From Laetmonice hystrix (Eukaryota), in the NCBI GenBank assembly GCA_965235115.1, contig OZ249436.1:57846001-57910000 (forward strand): 64,000 bases of DNA. The letters run 5' to 3'. The translations under genes and the position numbers were made by a program. Positions within the stretch are counted from its first letter, which is position 1. Every line of letters begins with the position of its first letter. Shown piece after piece: positions 36,901 through 48,900 of this stretch. Under the pieces are notes generated by a model, which had not been told where the DNA came from, ran no database searches, and was given only the letters and a program-made list of their open reading frames with translations.

Positions 36901-39900
36901 TTTAATTAATGATTTTAATTATAGAAAAATAGAAACAGTTTGTAGTTGACATGAACAGTTAGTTCCTTGTCGTTCATTCATAATTTGGAATTCTTTACAT
37001 TAAATACATTAAGAGGAAGAGAGCATCAGCACGTATGACGCTAATGGGTACTCGAATAGATTTGTTAAATAGATAATCCAGTACTTTGTGAAATCCATGC
37101 GTCTGAAGGGCGGCTCAAGATCTTTAGTATAACGTTGAAAACATGTAATTCTTAGCAAGTAGATAAAGGCGGGCACGATCAAATCAAATTAATAACAGTA
37201 AACCTTTCTCTGGAGTTAGGTCAATATACATGGTGTACATTGTCTCTGATTTCTCACATAATTATTGTTCTAATTGTATATTTGTACTTTGTGGAGATTG
37301 ATTTGTTTATGGCCAACATAATGTTCACTGTTTAACGGTAGATTTACAACCCATGTGATTCTCTAGAGATGCGCGAACCTCCTTACTGGGCGAACTACTC
37401 GTCACTTAGACTCGTCATACACACGGTCTGCAACAGCAAATATTTTGACCTCGCCATTGCCGGAGTCATTGGGCTCAATGTCATCACCATGGCAATGGAA
37501 TTCTACATGATGCCTGAGGTAGGTTTCGTCACCATTCCATGTGGGCCTTGGTAGCAAGAAAAGAACCCTAGGGCCTAATGTCCTTTTTAAAAAAATGCAT
37601 TTACTTTTTTGGTGATAAATATCAGTACCTGGCGCATCAAATAAGGTCGACTGCTGTGAATGTATAGGGCGCGCTTTTTTTCGTCATGCGTGTGCTTCTG
37701 GGAGTTGTAGACAAAAGGAACTTCCCTGGCAATTCTTCTCTGTCGAGCTGGTTTAGGACCACCATCAAAGCATTCCATATCTTCTATTTTGATCTGCCAA
37801 AGTGCATCTACTTCATTGTAAGTGCTGTTTGTATTAGCATGCCACGTCTGCAGCGCCGGACGAGTCTCTCGTCACAATTGGCTAGCTCGTAGTCAATGAC
37901 CGTATGGTATCGGGCCCAGGAGCATGTTTGCAATTTGCCCCTGAATGACCGTCCATACGTCAGGCGTCTGTGGGCCGACATGAAAGCAGATTGGCACTAT
38001 CATAGTCAGTTGTCTGCTGAATCACATTCCGCTCTTTGGCAACTATCGGAAGGCGTCGGTGACCGGCCCAGCGGGCCCGGCCGGCAACTGTGCCCCGACC
38101 ACCGGCAGTCGATTACCGTCCGCCGGCGTGACGGCGGTGGCGGGTGGGCAGCAACATACCGGCCTCGGTTGGTGGTCACGTCGGCGGTAAGACAACGGCT
38201 AAAATAGCGACGATAAGACCTCCTCACTGAGGCTCCCTGACCCGCGGCGAATCCGAACTGACAACCGTAAAGATTGTCCCGCCTTATAGTCCAATCTGTG
38301 TTAACGGTGACACACGTGGCTTCAGTAAAAGCCGGTCGTGGTCGGGGATGATGGTGGGGGATGGCGAAATGTCGACACGGACGAATGGGTCGACGGATAT
38401 AGGAGAAATAGGGGCTATGGTAGGCTAGAGACGTGAACAAACAAGTGTTATAGCTTTAACAATAATGGTTCCCAAGTACTGACGAGAGATAGGCCGACGG
38501 CAAGGCCTGCATTTATTAAAATCGTTTTGCACTTTTCATTAGAAGCTCTATCAAGGCCTACATTAGGACCTCTTCGCTTAGCTGGGCACCCATATTGTCA
38601 ATCGCAACATCTCTTTCCGTATTTCTCAACCGGAAATGGCCTCGGAAGTTCCGATTGCCATAATGTGAGACAGAAAGGGACAAATTACAGGCGATATCCG
38701 AAAGGAAAAGTAGTAAAGGTCTTCAACCTATGATATTGAAAGTAAACTTCCTTTATCCCTACCTGATAGATCTATCCCGCATGAATGACAATACTAAAGT
38801 GTTATTATATACTTTAGTATAATAAAACGTACAAAAACAACGTTCAGGGTCAACATAAGTGGGCAGGTAATGAAAATTGATGAATTCATAGTTGTTGTTA
38901 ACCACTCTTACAGGAGCTTCAATTCGCCCTCAAGATATTCAACTACTTCTTCACGTCTGTCTTTATCCTGGAGGCTATGGTTAAGATCGTGGCGCTAGGA
39001 TTCATGAGATACATCAAAGACAGGTAAAGAAACAAATCTTCATTGTCCTTGAGAGATATCCGATATGGTAATAAAAACGTCTTCAAGAACTCAACAATTG
39101 TATAACTCGCCTATTATCTGTGCATTGTACTCTTTGTATTCAAATGATAACGGGCTTATTAATGTTTCTAAATTGACTTGGATTTGCTGAACGTATGGCG
39201 TTATACGAGGACGGTATTTGTACACCGGAGTAGTATTAGTGGCGGATGCAAGGTTGAAATCACAGGTGTGACAGAATGTAGTTCGCCTCCTGCTTACTCT
39301 TCTGCCTGTCCTTTTTGATCCTGCATTCTGTTGTCATGTATCCATACTGTCTGGAGGCCAAGATTAGTTTGTGGGTAAATTCAGATTTTTACGGGATAGC
39401 ATTTGTTTATGATAAGAAATAATTTCGATTCGAAGTCATTATGTTTTTCCCTTGATACTGTAGACGGGGCTAGCTATAGTTCTTCGGGCATGTTCTTTGT
39501 TAATATATTATACATCGTGTATGACTTGATGATATTGTAGTCGGTAAGTGCCATTGATCAGATTTAGGTAAGTTTTCTTCCCCCATGTAGGTACCCAGTT
39601 TACTTCTTTGACCAGGGGAGTGTTCATTGTTTTAGTTTATACTAGGTTTGAACTGATCGTTGGAGAGAATGTTTCTACATTATCTTATGTGTTGAAGTTC
39701 TGTTTAGTAGCTTCTAAGTTGATTTAGGTTCTGGAAAACGTTGCGATTAACCAGTGAAGGTGGTGAGACAAATAGAGAAACTAGACGCCACATGGAAGTA
39801 TATACAAGTATGACATTCCGTACAGACGCACCTTGTTTGGGTTCGGAGTTTATACATTTAAAATATGCCACGGTTCTTTGGTGGGATCAAATAGGGCTTA

Positions 39901-42900
39901 GGGCGCCAAGGCATGGCGCCCGCACCAGTAGAACTACCACATTCGACGTTTAGCTGTTTTTCTTCTTCATCCTTTCTTTGTTTTTCCGATGTCTTTCTGT
40001 TCCTTCTTGCGTTTCTCCATTTTTTCAATAATTTTATTTCACTTCTGATTCTCCTGGAGATGACGGTCACATTCCTAACCGTAGTTCCTGAAGAACAAAT
40101 TACAAACCTGTGGGCGCTGAAAGAGGTAGTTCACTGGTGCACGGCTCATAGGTTCTCTGTAGGCTCTCTTTGAATTCTTGGCTGAACCAGTTGTGTACTC
40201 ACCAGTTCTTGCTACATCGTTGAAAGTAAGCCACACAAAGGCACAAGTTACACTGACCAATCTCACAAGTTCCATACCAACACCCTGTTTGTGCCCCCCT
40301 CCCCCCGAAATTTTAGCATGCGAATCGCTTCTCATTGCGCGCAATAAGATTGAGGTAGATGCCAGTCAGCCATGTGTAGAAGCTTTGTGAGCGAGTAGGC
40401 CCGTGTATTATTAGCACACTGCTGTACAGTGTTATTGTTTCAGTAGGCCTATATCTACGTGTGTCACGCCTTCGCTTTTTATATGTCTCATTCACCATTT
40501 ACAGCATTTTAGTATTCGTGTTCAGTACACAGGATGTTAGATTATCACAAAGGAACTAACCAACCCTAGCAAAATGCAACCTCAAAAATGGATCATACTT
40601 GAAAGAAGAACAAAAAGGGTGAAAATTATTTCAACGTAATCGTATCAGGTTTTTTTTTTCTGGAATCAAAGGCCCTTTGTTTTGTTTACGAGTCCAGAAT
40701 AAGGGTATGCGGTATGCTGTGATACGAAGGAAGCGTGATGCCTGTTAGAACACCTCTTCCTATAGCCTCGGTAGAACATGTAGACAGCAGTAGTATCAGA
40801 TGCCAACACGACTGCACAGACATTTGGTATCCCAGAAAAAGTCAAGTTACCGTGGCATTTTCCTTAAATGTGTTCTTCTCTCTCCATCTCCCTGCCACAC
40901 CACTGCGCCACAGTGAAGGGTAAATGTGAAACATCGGTGACCAACGCCGACCATTATTGTTCCACTTGACTATAGATTCATCATTCGAACTTTATTATCT
41001 ATACATACTTAATCTTTCTGACGAGAGGACGTGCAGCTTTTGATATTTACTTTGGGGAGTATATTCTCAGCTTAGCTTTGTTTGCCATGCGTTTTATTTT
41101 CTTCATTTTTTTAAAACATTCTTTAGTTGGTCTTTCGATTTCATGCGCATTCCGTTTTTGCATTTTGTCCCTATAAATCTGGCACTATTGGCACCCCCTG
41201 GGCGTTTCCCTGAGAAGTCACCTGAGCATGACACATTAATCTCCACTGCATCCATATTCCAATGCCCCCCACCCCCATTCGCCTTTAATGTGCACTATTT
41301 TTGAGCATGCTTGTATCAAAGTTTCGCAATTTCTGCGGTATTATCCCTCTCATTTTTTTTTCTGTCTGAAGATTTTTTCAAATATCTGTTCTTCAGAGGA
41401 TAGACCTCACCCCTTTCGTTTTCAGTCACTAGAACTTAACACCAAGTTAACACATACGCCACATAATGAAAAAGTGTAGGGAATACTCCGTTGAAGACCG
41501 TGACACGCATTCAAGCATGTAAACCATATAATTACCAACCGATGGTGAAATAGTAAAAATGCAAGTCTGTCCGAGACGAGGTCCAGCATGGGATTTAAAA
41601 CGCATGACAACCAATTGCCTGACAAAGACGACGTGATTTGTTAAAGAGCCATTCATACGGCAGTTGTATCTCAGACATGTCATCTTGCTGAGCTCTATGT
41701 CTCTCTGTATGTTTGCACTCCATATTTAGAATTTGGTCACGTGGTTTTCTTGGCGGTTCACCTGAAGTGTAGCCTTCCGTGCCGTTGTCTAAAGATTGGT
41801 TATCGAAATACAGAGCGGCCGTTGTCTAAAGATTGGTTATCGAAATACAGAACGGCCGTTGTCAGCAATCGATTCCGACTGCAGCATCGAATTTATCGAT
41901 CTAGGAACCAATACGGAATGGCTGGTCTGGGTGTGGAGGGCTTCACTTGTACCGTTAATTATTATCATTAATGCACCTTAATTAATCCGAGACCCAGATG
42001 AATCATGGACTGTCTCAGCTAAGCCCTATAGGGATTATAGATTGAAGCACATTCTCTTATATTATAATAATAATACCACATTGTTCCGGCAGGTTTATCG
42101 CTTACTTAGATTTGCACTTTAATCCACCAAGTTTGTTTGTTAATACTCTCCGACTGCACACACACACAATCTGAACTTATTGCGTGCCGCTTTGAGCGAG
42201 AGTGATAGCCAGTTAGAATACTTGATAGTTTTAATAGAGATAACATTGATGCGGTTGTATAGTGAAACACCAAGACACCTTAGTGACTGACAATTAGAGT
42301 CTGTAAGAACGATGAATCCTGTTGTCATCCTAATTCAAACATTCGGGTACAGCTAGAACAGGTCCCAGCTGTACCACTTCTTGAGATGAGTTATCGATTT
42401 GTGCTACTTTCTGAAGGGACAAAGAAACATGTTTGTAGATCAAGCATACAAAACAAAACCAAAGTAGTATGCGGAGATGGTTTGATTGCAGAACGGGGCT
42501 TCCCATAGCATTCACCTTGAACACTCACTTAGATAAGCCGAGAATTGTTAGTTTTCGCTCGTTCTCTCAGGGCTTTGGTTTATAGTTAGGTAGATATCGA
42601 AAGTTTGCCTTAGGCGTGCCAGTCAGGATCACTAGAGGCCGACCGGGGAACCTACACCTCCTCCATTGTTGGTTTTCACCGTTTTCATTCGACACCCGTT
42701 TTCCTGTCATTTGATGATGACTAAAATGTGCATATTTGATATGCTAATATAGCCTAATACATGTATAGCCTTACGACTACATTCAGCAGTGGGGGAGCTG
42801 TTGGAACTTGATAAAAAAAGGTTCTGCAACCATTCTAGACTCATAAGTAGTTAAAAGGATGACAACAGACAATGTACAAAGAAATATATCCATTTAATGC

Positions 42901-45900
42901 CATGGAAGCACCGCTTTCACAAGCAGAGGGAACGTGCTAATGAGTGGCTGTACTTGTGATTGTAATCTAAGGTATTTTTTATAGATTGTGGAACAGCTAT
43001 GATATCGAACCATTATTGGCGAACAAAGATGCACCGTTACCTGATACCGGTATAAAGACTTGTTATTAAGATAGAGAAAACAGCCGTGAAGTGGGATTAT
43101 TTGAAGATTAGAAAAGTTAATGAGATAATAGCAATCGGTACCTAATCGTACCTTTTTTATAGCAACCTGCGTCTAAAAGAATAGTAGGCCTGGTATTGTA
43201 GCAGTAACATCGATTATGCCAGAAACGATCGTTACTTTAGATGTGGCAATTCGACCTTAGCAGTTCAAAGAACCCAAGGATTTAAAGTATGCATACTCAT
43301 ACTTTGATACGTATAACAATTTAGATAGGGTAGGTGTTAGGGAAGTAGCCTATATATTCACACGTCAGCGTCCGTTAAGCTGACAATTGTTATGGTATGA
43401 GAGTTAAGACACCACGAAACGTTAACATACAGTTCCGTGTAACATTCGACAACAGGTACCGTCGCAGTCAGCCGGTCTTAGACTTCGCTCGTCACAGTAT
43501 ATAGGGGCGAGGGTTCCGTACATGGTATAGATCTGTGTGTACTGATGTCCGCTTTTCTCCACTTGTAGATGGAATCAGCTTGACATAGCTATTGTTATAT
43601 TATCCATCGTTGGCATCGTCCTCGAAGAGATGAAGTCGAACGTAATACCCATTAACCCGACCATCATAAGGGTTATGAGAGTATTGCGTATCGCTCGCGG
43701 TAAGTGGTCTCAGCTTGACCGCTGAGTTTCTACATTGTCATCAAATGTTACTTCCGGTATGGTGGATTTACAAATTCAGATTTCATTGTGGAAAGGAAGG
43801 CGCGGTTTTAAGGTCATGTTCGTAGTTGAGTTTACTCTTGTGAATTAAATTTTCTTAATAGATTTTCTTGTTTCCTTCAGTCCTCAAACTTCTAAAGATG
43901 GCGAAGGGAATCCGAGCCCTTCTGGACACGGTTGTGCAGGCGCTCCCACAGGTTGGAAATCTGGGACTATTATTCTTTCTCCTGTTCTTCATTTTTGCTG
44001 CCCTTGGAGTCGAACTCTTCGGTCGGCTTGGTGAGTAGGCCTATATTCATTTAACCTATCTAGGCGACTATGTCAAAGTTTGATTAGAATTGAAAAAAAA
44101 CTGATTTTATAAAAATGGATAAGTGACAGTACTGTTGACCCCCCCCCCCCCCCCCCCGGTAGGCCTTACGTTCCCTGACTTTTTCTCCCGGCTGTGCTGT
44201 GAAAGTGTCCGGCATTTTATTATTTAAACACCCCCTAGGGCGGAGACAGAGGCCTGTTTCACTGTGGCTGAGCTGTCTTTGGGAAAGAAGTCTCTGGAAA
44301 GTTGTTATTTTAGCGACAGTTATTAACAAGTACCTGCAGCCACAACTTGAGTGATGGGGCACGGTGATTTGGGGCCCATTCGTCAATACTTTATTATACG
44401 GGCGGCGGCCAGATGGAGGGGTTAACTCATAGGGAATGTAAGCATATATTAGCAGTCTGGTTATTCAAAATATATAGTAATAGGCCTAACAACAGTCTGG
44501 TTTAATTTGTTCTCACAGAATGTTCCGAGGAGCATCCTTGCGAGGGCCTGAGCAAACATGCCCACTTCCAGAACTTCGGCATGGCATTCCTGACTTTGTT
44601 CCGAGTCGCCACTGGTGACAACTGGAACGGGATTATGAAGGATACATTACGGGAGGACTGTGACGCGGGTGATAACTGCGTGCGCAACTGTTGCGTCAGC
44701 CCCATCATAGCACCAGTCTTTTTCGTCGTCTTCGTGCTTATGGCACAGTTCGTTCTTGTGAACGTGGTCGTCGCTGTGCTTATGAGGCACTTAGAGGTAC
44801 GCTTTTCTCTGAACGAACCGCGAAATGTTAACATATCGCTCTCATCAACGTAATATGTCAGCCTCATAGATAATAACTGTAAGTTGTAAGTGTAGATATA
44901 GATTTATGTTTACTGTTGCTTTGTGTAAGCCAGAGGTGACTCGTAACGGTTATAATAATGTAATTGATATCTTAAGATAAAGCACCTTTCGGGAGCTGAT
45001 ATTTTTCTCTAAAAACGTTGAACATTGTTTGCGTCATGACATCACGGAAATTGGGGTTGTTTTAGATTTCAGGATGTTTTCATAATCTTGTTCATGTCTC
45101 ATACTTTGTATTTGTAAACTCTTTGTCTTAACATCAAGCACCTTCATAACAATTTTGGAATTTCTTATACACGATATACCACTTACTATCGCACCGACTT
45201 CAAGAAGGCACCTACCTAGTTAATTAGAAGCACCTTTTACATCTCTCTACTTCACTTCACATTTCTTACCTCATATTCATGTCTTGTCATTAACAAACAC
45301 TCACATTTTCCCTTGAACTGTCAAGATTCAAGGCTGACAAATCTTTCCCGGTTAGTTTTCTTCACTTTACATCTGTAACGTTTTTATATTCAGTTCATTC
45401 TCTTTGAAGAGAAATGTTTTCTTTGCCCCGGCGTGGTGTGACGGTCATTGAAGCGTTTGTTTGTGTTCCTTGTCTCGGTTGGTTATTTACTCATTGTTTA
45501 CCCTCCATACAACTCATGTTACCACTAGGAGTCGCACAAATCGATGGATGATGATGCAGAACTTGAAGCTGAAATCCAGCGCGAGATCGAGGAAGAAGCC
45601 CGCGCTAAGATTGAGCAGGAAGCTGCAGCCTTGAGAGAAAAAGAAGACGTAAGTGACCACAACGCACAGTTGAAATACTACACACATGTAATAATAAACA
45701 TGGCGCAGCCTTGACATGGCGCCGCGCACGCACTCCGAGATCACGTGATGCGCTGTGATCACGTGACAGACGTCGAACCTAGTGGTGGCCCCCCTCCGTG
45801 GAGCGCCTAGGTTAGCTAGCACACCCAGCCTTTCCTTTCAGTGAGATGCCGAGGTGTGAAAAGCCTATCCATCAGCATGGGCATGTTTTTTTTTTTTAAA

Positions 45901-48900
45901 CCAAGAACAGTTACTTGACAGACACAGACATGAAATTATCATGGTTATTTTTGTTCTCATTGAAGTAGGTTGTAAATTTTTTCATGAAGAGCTTTTTCTT
46001 TACATTTTCCTTGTTGCGATGAAATCTGCCTTAATTTTGTTAGGCTATTGACAGCATCGAGGTTTTTCAGCTGTTTTGTTATTTTGAGACTGATTTCTTT
46101 TCTTCAACCGCCAATCTTTATATTATCCTTTTATTGATATTTCATGTCTGTGTGTGGAGATATACGAATAATTTTTGATTCTAAATTTTCTTTTTGTTAT
46201 TTTGGACTTTTGTTGACAAAGAGACTCCCAGGTCTTTATACAACAGGGCACACAAAAGTGGTCAGCTCGTTCTTTGTTGCTTCTTCCTAATTGAAGTTTT
46301 CAACGGCTGCCTCTGACCCTGCTTTAAAATTGGCATCTACCGATGAAGTATTTTCAATTTTGATATTGAAAATTTTTCATTACCGTGCCCTGTTGTTAGC
46401 AAAATTATTTTCCTTTTTATCTTTCATTTTAAGAAATGTTTCCAGAACGCGTTGTGAGGTATTTAGACGTGCATGCATTTTTCGCATGTCCAGTGAATGC
46501 GGATAGGATTACCGAAGCAAGTTTCTTTGGACTTTTTTTTTTAAATCCCCCTTCCTTTTCCAACGTGAGGTTTCGGTTTTTAGTGGATCACACGGTTTCT
46601 TTCATTTTTTTTCATTTTTTTTGTCTCTGAACGTGTGCGGGGTGTTCCTAGCGTGACGGTTTTCAGATCAAAGAATCCACTTCAAATGCTGATTTGCGAC
46701 TTTTTTTTGTTATTTGCCTGGCATTCCTAAGGACGAAGATGCAATAACCGATGAGATATCGGACAACTGGTGTGACGTTGTGAGGCCCCGTTTACCTCTC
46801 TCGGCCTCCGCTACACAGCTCGATACACAGCTCGATCCGGTACACTCGACGGCCCCACCTGACACACCAGGCGGCGCTACGGCTCTTGGCGCCACCTAGG
46901 GAGGACTTTAGAAACGAATAAGCCCCCAACCTGTATTACTTTATAGCGCAGGCTCCGCTCTATCAAAACGGATAGTCTCAAACGTTATAACCTGAAGTCG
47001 ATAATGGAGACAATAATGGCCTACACTGCCCTAGTTCGTTTCTAGCTCAGATTGAAATTAAAGACGTTTAAAGCTGGGCCTACTTTAGGTACCTACGCGG
47101 CCTACCTCTGCGTGCACAATATGCATAGGGCCTTGAACCGGCTATCAGACAGTTTTCATCAGGCGTTTCTACAGTCATCCCTAGTGTCGCTTATGAAATG
47201 TTCTATTGGTACGTGAGGTGATATTGGATGAACATCCTAAGAGAAGCCTCCAACCTGGCACAGCCTTGTCGACTGACTGCCAAGGTCCCCGAGGCGCAAA
47301 TCTCTTCTTGCCGAGTCCATGGCAGATTCCAACCATAATATTGTCTGTTCAATAAGTTGATCGGACGAGGTTCTCTAGACACTAGGACTCTGGAAATATA
47401 TTCAGATATCCATGCATTGATATCAGGAAGGCCGGATAGAAGAGGAAGCGTGCGTTTTTATAGAGCTATGTGGATAGTAAAATATTACACAGAGAAATTC
47501 TATTGGTGCGCCACCTGTGAACAGGTTCGCGTACCATTATCTGGAAGGCGGGTCAGACAACACTTTCCCTTTCCTATATTCAAGTTTTAGGACATGTATA
47601 TATTATTTCCCGAGGAGACAAACCAGCTTTGGCCAATGTTATAATTCTGCTGGGTGGATGGATAAATCTATTAAAACCACTTCCATGTTGGTAACCATGG
47701 CGACTATCTCAGATATAGCCGGAGTAGATGATTTATCCTAATTATTAATGTAAACCAGTGGTTGGGAAGTTTTAGTTTGTTTAATGTTTAATGGGTACTG
47801 CAGTCATTTGGTGGACAGGCCGAACATGTTGTAAAGATTTACAGCGAGAGAAATGAATGCATGAAAAACGAAGTTTTGCAAAATGGTCAAACAAAGAGAA
47901 CCAGTATAGTCACTGTTTAACATGTACAGCAGTAAGTGGTCAACATTGAAGACTGACGATGTCAGAGTTTACGGTAACATTAGTCGATCTATCTGTCAAA
48001 GATATAAAGTTTCAATATAAGATGATCGTATATTGAGTAGGACCGTTTCGTTCGCTCTCGTCCTACCTATATCACAAACTGTTCTTTCTCCTCCCATACA
48101 GAACGCCTACAACGATACGTTCTTGGATGAAACGGCCAAGCGTAAGGCACTCTCAAAGCAAACATCTCTCCCGCCTAACTTTTGCTTTAACGTGAGGCCT
48201 CCAAGTCCCGACTCTATACACAGAGGGGATGAGGATGAAAACGCCGGTAAGTATTTCCGTATATATAAATGTTATCGTATTCCAAGTAGCATTCTCATTC
48301 TTAGATACCTTCATTTTCGTGATAGAAGAGGAGTCTAGTAGTATTGTTTTTATGATCGGATAGGGTAGACTTATTCGTTTAAGGCGCTTAGCGTCTTTTA
48401 TCAAGTTTTATTTATGGCGACTTTGAAGGTGAAGACACAACAATTATATTGGTAGGCCTAAGAGATCCAAAGTTATGTATGATTTCTGTTCTGAGCGCCC
48501 TCTCCCCCCATTTGGACCGAACATTACGATTTAAAGCCAAATTATCATAGTCTTGTTGAAGATTGTTTGCGCAATTTTGGATCTTAACCCACGCTTTGCT
48601 TGGCGCACTTAGTTGCCAAGTTACGTTGATTTTTACAGGCTGCTGATTGTTACACCTTTGTTTATCTCTTACACGCTGTATAGTTTCACATTGTTTTGTC
48701 ATGGTGTGTTTTCAGGCCTCAGACGACCGAAACATGTAAATTTCAATAGAAAACCATCAGTAGGTCAGTGACAGGGAATTAACACATATATGCATACATT
48801 TCAACCTGTATAATGTACATGTACAATACATATCTCGTGTCCAGTTTTCTACACGTAACAACTAGTAGTGTTCCCCGAGTGACATCTATCTGAACTCTAC

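Noticed and set aside
39858-40390. Overlapping ORFs on both strands in the IVS2-IVS3 intron
   Set aside because: Low-complexity purine/pyrimidine strand bias explains them; no splice-compatible channel-like sequence.
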